From assembly GCA_045594425.1 (NCBI GenBank), contig JAZNYK010000016.1, forward strand, positions 44,173 through 108,172: 64,000 nt of DNA, written 5' to 3'. The position numbers and the translations under genes are program-made. Source of the DNA: Clostridia bacterium (GTDB lineage: Bacteria > Bacillota > Clostridia > Christensenellales > UBA1242). Numbering within the stretch: position 1 is the stretch's first letter; every line of letters starts with the position of its first letter. Under the pieces are notes generated by a model. It ran no database searches, had not been told where the DNA came from, and saw only the letters and a program-made list of their open reading frames with translations. Below, piece after piece: positions 57,558 to 64,000 of this stretch.

Positions 57558-58043
57558 TCACCAAACCAAAATAGACAAAACTATTCCAATCGAAAGACTT
57601 ATTTTATAATATAAATCCCCCTTTTCTTTTTGATTGTTTTTATTATTTTTTAATTCATCATTTATAAAATTTAAAAACAAATCTAATCGTTCTTTTTCTA
57701 GTTCATACTCACACTTTCCAAGGTTTTCTAAATAATTTACAATCACATTTTGAACATCTTTTTTTGTTATTGTAATTTTAATTTTTTCAATATCAAATAT
57801 CTCATAATTACTATTTTTTAAATATATTTTATAATTATTTGCGTTTTTATTTTTATGCATAATTATATATTGATTGTTAATATCAATGATATTGTTTTTA
57901 AATAACACAATATTTGTTTTTAAAAACCCCAGATATTCTTTTATTAATAACAGCAATTTTTCTTCTTCAATAAATTTTTGTTTATATGAGTAGCCAACAA
58001 TCCAACTACAAATTATTATTAAAATTGTAATTATGATTTTCAT
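57558..58043 (-). CDS. spoIIIAB: Stage III sporulation protein AB
   Basis: 161 aa, N- and C-terminal TM helices flanking a helical cytoplasmic domain. ATGA overlap with spoIIIAA. Confidence 0.8.
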   Translation of the reverse strand: MKIIITILIIICSWIVGYSYKQKFIEEEKLLLLIKEYLGFLKTNIVLFKNNIIDINNQYIIMHKNKNANNYKIYLKNSNYEIFDIEKIKITITKKDVQNVIVNYLENLGKCEYELEKERLDLFLNFINDELKNNKNNQKEKGDLYYKISLSIGIVLSILVW

Positions 58044-58966
58044 AATATATATGGCAAATACAATCCTCTTAAATTTTCATCAAAAACACCTTCAATTGTT
58101 CCAACCCCCTGTCTTTTTGAAAGCACCACAATGCGTTCAAAATACTTATCATTTAAAACGGATGAAAAATATTTTTTAAATTTAAGTTCATTAATATTTT
58201 CAGCGTGTGCAGTTGCTATAACTTTTACACCAGACTTTATTGCCTGTTTTATTGATTCAATATCTTGCTCTTTTGAAACTTCATCAGTAACCATCACTCG
58301 TGGTGCCATTGTTTTTAACCCTTCATTAAAAGCATACCATTTATCAGAGCCAGAAATAACATCAACAAAATCACCAATATAACAAGCATTATTTTTTTGA
58401 TTTCCTGCAATTTCAAATCTTTCATCAACAACCAAAATATTATTAATCTTTTTATCATTAGATAGTTTTGTTACAACATCTCTAACAAGCGTAGTTTTTC
58501 CAGCCCCCGGTGGCGAGATTATAAGAGTGTTTTTAACCACATCATTAACACATAACAAGTTTATAATTTTATCCGAACAATTCGCCACCTGATGACTGAT
58601 TCTTATATTTAGTGAAGTGATATCTTTTATTGTAGCAATTTCACCTTTGTCATATACAACTGTTCCACAAAGCCCAATTCTAATTCCATTGTCAGTTGTA
58701 ATATATCCTTGTTTGATTTGATTGTTATAAGCATAAAATGATTGTTTTGTTGAAACTGCAATAATATAGTTTATTAAATCAAAATTTGCAATTATTGGAA
58801 CTTCTGCATAACCTTCTTTATTTGTTATTATTTTATAACAACCCTTGTAATTAATAACAATTGGTCTGTTAACTCTTAATCTAATTTCATAGACATAATC
58901 AAGCACATAATCACAAGCAATTTTGTTATACAGCCAATCGGGTAAAATGTTAAACACTTCTATCAC
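58040..58966 (-). CDS. spoIIIAA: Stage III sporulation protein AA (secretion-type ATPase)
   Basis: Walker A ISPPGAGKTTLVRD and Walker B VMVTDEV. The track start is GTG at 58966; GTG at 58957 sits 5 nt after AGAGGTGA and may be the true start. Confidence 0.88.
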   Translation of the reverse strand: MIEVFNILPDWLYNKIACDYVLDYVYEIRLRVNRPIVINYKGCYKIITNKEGYAEVPIIANFDLINYIIAVSTKQSFYAYNNQIKQGYITTDNGIRIGLCGTVVYDKGEIATIKDITSLNIRISHQVANCSDKIINLLCVNDVVKNTLIISPPGAGKTTLVRDVVTKLSNDKKINNILVVDERFEIAGNQKNNACYIGDFVDVISGSDKWYAFNEGLKTMAPRVMVTDEVSKEQDIESIKQAIKSGVKVIATAHAENINELKFKKYFSSVLNDKYFERIVVLSKRQGVGTIEGVFDENLRGLYLPYIL

Positions 58967-59013
58967 CTCTAGTAAAAAGTATTTAAATTTTTTAATGTAT
59001 ATGAAATTTTTGC

Positions 59014-59043
59014 AAAAAAAAATATGCCTTATTTTGGCATATT
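59014..59043 (-). terminator. Rho-independent terminator of efp
   Basis: Minus strand AATATGCC-aaaataa-GGCATATT followed by TTTTTTTT. Confidence 0.85.
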
Positions 59044-59055
59044 TTTTATTTTAAA

Positions 59056-59613
59056 CTAAACTCTTGACATATATGTTCCAGTTCTAGTGTCAACTCTGAT
59101 TGTGTCACCGTTGTCAACAAACAATGGAACTCTGATAACAAATCCAGTTTCAAGTGTTGCTGGTTTATCACCTGCTTTAGATGTGTCGCCTTGAATTCCT
59201 GGTTCACATTCAACAATTTTAAGTTCTACAAAGTTTGGTGGTTCAACACTAAATGCTTCACCTTTATAGAATGCAATTGTTACATCCATGTTTTCAACGA
59301 TAAATTGAAGAGCCTCTTCAACTTGACTTTTGTTGAGTGGCAATTGTTCATATGTTTCATTGTCCATGAAATAGTAAAGGTCGCCATCACTGTAAAGATA
59401 TTGCATTTGCTTTCTTTCAATTTGAGCCTTTTCAAATTTTGTTACTGGGTTGAAAGTCATTTCAATAACTTGACCAGTTACAACATTTTTAAGTTTTGTT
59501 CTAACAAACGCAGCACCCTTTCCAGGTTTAACGTGCATGAAATCAACAACAACATAAACTTTGCCTTCATATTCAAAAGTTACGCCTTTTCTTAAATCGC
59601 CTGCAGTAATCAT
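59056..59613 (-). CDS. efp: Elongation factor P
   Basis: [44 protein letters not shown]..., 185 aa. GGAGGA SD before ATG 59613; the track start is an extension. Confidence 0.95.
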   Translation of the reverse strand: MITAGDLRKGVTFEYEGKVYVVVDFMHVKPGKGAAFVRTKLKNVVTGQVIEMTFNPVTKFEKAQIERKQMQYLYSDGDLYYFMDNETYEQLPLNKSQVEEALQFIVENMDVTIAFYKGEAFSVEPPNFVELKIVECEPGIQGDTSKAGDKPATLETGFVIRVPLFVDNGDTIRVDTRTGTYMSRV

Positions 59614-59700
59614 ATTTCCTCCATAAATAAACATTTTTGCCTTTAGCAAAATTCTATTGTAATATTATCATAAAAAGCCGTAAAAATCAATGCATTTTCA

Positions 59701-60546
59701 TTAAAAATCAGTATCACAGTAAATATTTTTCATTGTTTTAGCGTCTTTGGTTTGAGTTCCCCTTGATTCGCAAATAATGTTTGCTTCAACATTAAACTTT
59801 TTTAACACCTTTACAAGTGGTTCAAATTCAGGTCCGTATACATTATCTTCAAAAGTTAAATGACATAGTTCACCCTTTTTTCCATACTTTATTTTTGAAA
59901 AATGCACATGGATTTTATTAAATCTATCACCTAGATAATCTTTCAATATTTTAAAAACATTTTCATAATCTTGTTCGGTTTTTAGTGAACCAAGACCAAA
60001 TGAATTAACATGACCAAAATCAATTGTCGGAATAATCCTCTCATCTAATGCACAAATTTTTGCAATTTCTTCAACAGTTCCAATCTGACCATGTTTACCC
60101 ATAGTTTCAGGGCATAATAAATAGTTTTTAAACCCATATTCATCGAGAACATTAAGAAGTTCTTTTATATTATTATATGTGTTTTTAAAAGCCTCTTCTC
60201 TACTCATTTTCATCATTGTTCCAGGATGAAAAACAAGTTTTTTCGATTTCAATAATTGCATTTTTTGTAAACACGCAATAATATACATATTAGATTTTTC
60301 AATCATTATAGGGTCTGGGTTTGCAAAATTAATAAAGTAAGGTGCATGAACTGACACTTCAATATTCTTCTCTTTAAATAACTTGCCATACTTTTCAGCA
60401 GTTTCATCTGAAAGTCTAACACCATTGGTAAATGAAAGTTCATAACAGTCCAAACCATGAGTAATCAACCATGCTGGCATATCTTCAGTTGATTTGTTAT
60501 TTTCTGAAAAATCATCACAAAAACCCGATGGTCCAAATTTTATCAT
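59701..60546 (-). CDS. AP endonuclease family 2 / endonuclease IV-like TIM-barrel protein
   Basis: About 281 aa. Metal-ligand-like His/Asp/Glu pattern (SVHAPYFINF, VFHPG, CPETMG, IDFGHV, HVHFS, ICE). ATG 60546 (MIKFGPSGF) is preferred. Family-level call only. Confidence 0.6.
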   Translation of the reverse strand: MIKFGPSGFCDDFSENNKSTEDMPAWLITHGLDCYELSFTNGVRLSDETAEKYGKLFKEKNIEVSVHAPYFINFANPDPIMIEKSNMYIIACLQKMQLLKSKKLVFHPGTMMKMSREEAFKNTYNNIKELLNVLDEYGFKNYLLCPETMGKHGQIGTVEEIAKICALDERIIPTIDFGHVNSFGLGSLKTEQDYENVFKILKDYLGDRFNKIHVHFSKIKYGKKGELCHLTFEDNVYGPEFEPLVKVLKKFNVEANIICESRGTQTKDAKTMKNIYCDTDF

Positions 60547-60550
60547 AAAT

Positions 60551-61426
60551 CTATCCTTCATATAAATAAACAAGTTGAACAAGAGCGTTATTTTCGGCTT
60601 TATAGAACCCAATTAACCTCTTATCATTCACAATCAAACATTCTTCATTATCGTTGATTTTAACTGGCATTTCTAACGCTGAAATTTTAACTCCATTTAT
60701 TAATTTTTTTGCGAGTTCATTTGAAACTTCAATCTTCTTTATATCTGCAAAAATATCTTCAATAGTATGAATTTTTAAAGTTTGTTCAAGTTCTTCAAGC
60801 GTTATTGAGTTTGATGAGCCAAATCTACCACTTCTAGTTCTAATTATAACCGGAGTTGTTGAAATTGTTCCTATTTCTTTAGCAATATCCGAAAATAATG
60901 TTCGAATGTAAGTTCCGGCGGAACAATGAACTTTGAACATAAAAATATTTTTATCAAGTTCATCTAACAGGTTTATGCTGAAAATATGAATCTTTCTAGG
61001 TTTGATTTCAAATGAAATATCTTCTCTAGCAAGGTCGCACGCCTTTTTCCCGTTAATTTTGATTGCAGAATATTTTGGTGGAATCTGCTCAATATCTCCA
61101 ATAAACTTATTCAAAACGTTTTCAATCATTTGTTTAGAAACACCAACACTTTCTTTGATAGTTATATTTCCAAAACTATCTAAAGTATCTGTTTCAATTC
61201 CAAACTTTACGATTGCAACATATTCTTTTTCTTTACTTAAAAAATAATCAAAGAACTTTGTTGCTTTTCCCACAGCAATAGGAAGAACTCCTGACGCCGC
61301 CGGGTCAAGAGTTCCTAAATGTCCTACCTTTTTAGTTTTAAGTGTTTTTTTAACCTTCAAAACAACATCTGATGATGTCATGCCTGTAGGTTTAACAATA
61401 TTAACAAAACCTGTTAAATTAGTCAT
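60551..61426 (-). CDS. truB: tRNA pseudouridine(55) synthase
   Basis: GFVNIVKPTGMTSSDVV, catalytic GHLGTLDPAASGVLPIAVG, IPPKYSAIK, GTYIRTL. Confidence 0.93.
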   Translation of the reverse strand: MTNLTGFVNIVKPTGMTSSDVVLKVKKTLKTKKVGHLGTLDPAASGVLPIAVGKATKFFDYFLSKEKEYVAIVKFGIETDTLDSFGNITIKESVGVSKQMIENVLNKFIGDIEQIPPKYSAIKINGKKACDLAREDISFEIKPRKIHIFSINLLDELDKNIFMFKVHCSAGTYIRTLFSDIAKEIGTISTTPVIIRTRSGRFGSSNSITLEELEQTLKIHTIEDIFADIKKIEVSNELAKKLINGVKISALEMPVKINDNEECLIVNDKRLIGFYKAENNALVQLVYLYEG

Positions 61427-62384
61427 TTTTCCATCCTAAAATTTGAAGTGTATTGTCAATCAATTGTTGCTTTACGTCATCAAAAGAACCAAATATTTTG
61501 CATCCACTTGCATTTGGATGTCCTCCACCACCAAATGATTCAGCGACCGCTCTTGCAGAGATATCACCTTTTGACCTAAATGAAACTCTAAAGTAGCCTT
61601 TGTCATCTTCTGATGCCAAAATTCCAAAATCAACACATTGAAGTTGAAGCAATATATCCGGAAAAGCATCAGTGTCATCAAGTGTTGTGTTTGTATCAAT
61701 AAAATCACGTCTGTTAAGCAAGATAATAGCAAGTCTGTTATCTGCCAAAAACTCGATTTTTTGATATACTTTTTTCAATAAGTTAAACGCATCAAGCGAC
61801 ATTGAATTAAAAAGAGGTGTTGAAACTTCTTCAATTTTTATACCCCCAAACTTCAATAATTTTGATGCAACAACAAGTGTTTTTTCACCAACCCCGTGCA
61901 TAAATTTTCCTGTATCAGTCATAATGCCAGAAAGCAAATTTTTGCAAATTGTTGGTGTGAAATGAATTTTTAATGTTTTTAAAACATCAAATAAAATTTC
62001 AGCCGTTGATGAAGCCTGAACAACATAATTCACTTTGCAAAACATTTCATTCATCATATGATGGTCTATGCAAAGTGTTTTTCTAACACCTTTTCTATAT
62101 GTGAATTTGTATTTTCCAAGTCTTGCTTCAGAAGCACAATCCACACAAACTGCTAGGTCATATTTACCTTCAACAGTTTTTTGGTTAATGAAACTTAAAT
62201 CGCCATAAAATTGAAATGCTACTGGAAAATTTGAGTGAATATAAACATCGACATTCTTTCCCAAAAAATTCAATGCTTCTTTCAAAGCAAGTGCTGAACC
62301 AAGTGCATCACAATCTGTGTTGATATGTGTGTAAATTGAAACATTTTTAGATTCTTTTAAAACTTGTGCAACTTTATTTAGCAT
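61419..62384 (-). CDS. nrnA: DHH/DHHA1 phosphoesterase, NrnA-type oligoribonuclease/pAp phosphatase
   Basis: HINTDCDALGS, CIDHH, GGGGHPNASG motifs. ATG 62384 has a GAAGGAGAAGG SD; the track start at 62402 is TTG. Confidence 0.85.
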   Translation of the reverse strand: MLNKVAQVLKESKNVSIYTHINTDCDALGSALALKEALNFLGKNVDVYIHSNFPVAFQFYGDLSFINQKTVEGKYDLAVCVDCASEARLGKYKFTYRKGVRKTLCIDHHMMNEMFCKVNYVVQASSTAEILFDVLKTLKIHFTPTICKNLLSGIMTDTGKFMHGVGEKTLVVASKLLKFGGIKIEEVSTPLFNSMSLDAFNLLKKVYQKIEFLADNRLAIILLNRRDFIDTNTTLDDTDAFPDILLQLQCVDFGILASEDDKGYFRVSFRSKGDISARAVAESFGGGGHPNASGCKIFGSFDDVKQQLIDNTLQILGWKND

Positions 62385-62736
62385 CAGAACCTTCTCCTTC
62401 AATCTCTTTAAAGAGTTTCATAACTCTTTCGGCCTTTTCATCAACATCATCAACCACGAACATAAGTTCAGGAACAATACGCATACGCAAACTGTGCGCA
62501 AGTTCATATCTAATAGATTTTTTATTATCGTTTAATTTTTTTACAACGAGTTGCTTTTTTTCAGGACTTCCAAAAACACTAACATAAATTTTTGAAAGTG
62601 AGAAATCCGCATAAGTGTCAACTTTCATAATAGAAATAAGTGAAGTAGAAAGTTCAACATCATCAAATTTTGAAATAATTGACGAAATTGCTTTTTGAAC
62701 TTCTGAGTTAACACGACTCATTCTGTTATTTGCCAT
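62374..62736 (-). CDS. rbfA: Ribosome-binding factor A
   Basis: 120 aa, MANNRMSRVNSEVQKAISSII...VSVFG...IRYELAHSLRMRIVPELMFVVD. Confidence 0.92.
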   Translation of the reverse strand: MANNRMSRVNSEVQKAISSIISKFDDVELSTSLISIMKVDTYADFSLSKIYVSVFGSPEKKQLVVKKLNDNKKSIRYELAHSLRMRIVPELMFVVDDVDEKAERVMKLFKEIEGEGSDAK

Positions 62737-62758
62737 AAAAAATATCTCCTAAAATTTA

Positions 62759-62782
62759 AAGAGCGATTTTAATGTCGCTCTT
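62759..62782 (-). terminator. Hairpin between infB and rbfA (weak terminator or processing/attenuation site)
   Basis: Minus strand AAGAGCGA-cattaaaa-TCGCTCTT followed only by TAAATTTT, a poor U-tract. Confidence 0.35.
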
Positions 62783-62788
62783 AAATTT

Positions 62789-64000
62789 TTAATTAATTCT
62801 TTCAAGAGTGTATGTTTCAAATGTATCGCCCACAACAAAGTCTGTGAAGCCAGCAAATGTAACACCACATTCAAACCCTGCATCAACTTCTTTTGCTTCG
62901 TTCTTTTCTCTTTGAATAGTTGAAATTTCACCTTCAAAGATTTTCTTATCACCGCGCATTACACGAACCTTGCTGTTTCTTGAAATTTTTCCATCAAGAA
63001 CATAAGTTCCCGCAATAAGACCAACCTTGCTAGCCTTGAATGTCGCTCTGATTTCAGCGTGACCAGTAACAACCTCTTTGTATTTTGGTGTAACCATCTT
63101 GCTGATTTTTTCTGTGATATAATCAATAACTTCATAAATGATTTTTGAGTTTTTGATTTCAACTTTATATTTATCTGCAATAACTTTTGCTTTAAAGTCG
63201 GTTTTTGTATTAAATGCAACAATAAGTGCATTTGATGCTTGTGCCATGCTAACGTCATTTTCATTAACAGCACCAACGCCACCAGTAACAAATCTAACTT
63301 TTACTTCTTCGTTTTGAATTTCAAGGAGTGATTGCTTAAGTGCTTCAACTGAACCTTGAACATCTGCTTTAACAATGACGTTATAGTCTTTAAAGTTACT
63401 ATCAGCAATTTTGTTCATCATGTTTTCAATTGAAAGGTCAGCACTCTTAATCATATCACGTTTTGCTTGATTTTGTCTTTCAAGCGCAACTTGACGACTC
63501 ATTTTTTCATCAACAACAAAGAGTTCATCACCTGCATTTGGAACACCAGAAAGACCCATAACTTGAACTGCAGTTGATGGTCCTGCTGATTTAATTCTTT
63601 CATTTTTGTCATTCATCATTGCACGTATTTTACCTGTGCAAGTTCCAACAACAACATAATCCCCAACTTTGAGTGTTCCATTTTGAACAAGAACAGTTGC
63701 AACGGCACCAACACCCTTGTCAAGTTTTGCTTCAATGATTGAACCAGATGCTTTTCTCTTTGGATTTGCTTTAAGATTTTGATATTCAGCAACAAAGAGA
63801 ACCATTTCAAGAAGTTTGTCGATGTTTTGTCCCATTTTTGCAGAAATAGGAACCATAATTGCATCGCCACCCCATTCTTCTGGAAGAACATCATAGTTTG
63901 CAAGTTGTGTTTTTACGTTATCAATATTTGCACCAGGTCTATCAATTTTGTTAATTGCAACAATCATTGGACAACCTGTTTGTTTGATTTGCTTGATACA
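62789..64000 (-). CDS. infB: Translation initiation factor IF-2, C-terminal part; 5' end lies beyond the window edge
   Basis: The frame stays open to the window end. Contains the end of the G domain (IVAINKIDRP, SAK) and IF-2 domains II-C2 (GVGAVATVLVQNGTLKVGD, VKADVQGSVEAL, GVGAVNENDV). Confidence 0.93.
   Translation of the reverse strand, partial: CIKQIKQTGCPMIVAINKIDRPGANIDNVKTQLANYDVLPEEWGGDAIMVPISAKMGQNIDKLLEMVLFVAEYQNLKANPKRKASGSIIEAKLDKGVGAVATVLVQNGTLKVGDYVVVGTCTGKIRAMMNDKNERIKSAGPSTAVQVMGLSGVPNAGDELFVVDEKMSRQVALERQNQAKRDMIKSADLSIENMMNKIADSNFKDYNVIVKADVQGSVEALKQSLLEIQNEEVKVRFVTGGVGAVNENDVSMAQASNALIVAFNTKTDFKAKVIADKYKVEIKNSKIIYEVIDYITEKISKMVTPKYKEVVTGHAEIRATFKASKVGLIAGTYVLDGKISRNSKVRVMRGDKKIFEGEISTIQREKNEAKEVDAGFECGVTFAGFTDFVVGDTFETYTLERIN

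Noticed and set aside
58967-59055. Possible sigma-E-type promoter upstream of spoIIIAA (GCATATT ... CATATACA)
   Set aside because: The hexamer-like elements resemble the remembered sigma-E consensus (xHATAxx / CATACAxT). The spacing is about 3 nt longer than I recall, and the -35-like element is part of the efp terminator. This is not strong enough to annotate.

Overview
The window is a visibly AT-rich, gene-dense chromosomal segment of an endospore-former-type Firmicute (Clostridia/Bacilli-like gene content). I support 69 protein genes and one tRNA. 68 of the 69 CDS and the tRNA are on the minus strand; only cmk is on the plus strand.

Most of the window is conserved housekeeping:
- rpsO-pnp, relA, recJ, secDF, yajC, tgt-queA, ruvCAB, yebC
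- the infC-rpmI-rplT operon with an L20-leader-like attenuator
- thrS with a Thr T-box
- argS, queH, rlmH, htpG, plsC, scpAB, recN, xseAB, nusB, efp, truB, nrnA, rbfA, infB

A sporulation backbone runs through it: spoIIIAA-AH, spoIVB, ytfI/ytfJ, ytxC, a spoIIM-like gene and two S11 D,D-carboxypeptidases. From memory, efp-spoIIIA-(yqhY)-nusB-xseAB-recN-spoIVB-spo0A follows the Bacillus subtilis gene order in compacted form.

I recognise no CRISPR array, transposase, integrase, prophage or known defence system, and I cannot point to a clear self-contained novel multi-gene system. The observations most worth follow-up are:
1. The gene in the canonical spo0A slot encodes only the Spo0A C-terminal DNA-binding domain, with no receiver domain. 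It may be transcribed as a leaderless mRNA.
2. An ORF absent from the track (52 codons, GTG start) between spoIIIAE and spoIIIAG looks like only the two-helix membrane segment of SpoIIIAF.
3. A lineage-specific 389-aa protein is inserted between the Asp23/yqhY gene and nusB.
4. A CIRCE-like inverted repeat overlaps the htpG promoter.
5. A roughly 7-kb block of surface or unknown-function genes lies next to tRNA-Thr: a WG-repeat protein, a repeat/transglutaminase protein, a Nudix gene coupled to a lipoprotein gene, and an anchored NlpC/P60 protein.

All functional calls rest on motif recognition and remembered homology or synteny. No database search was run.
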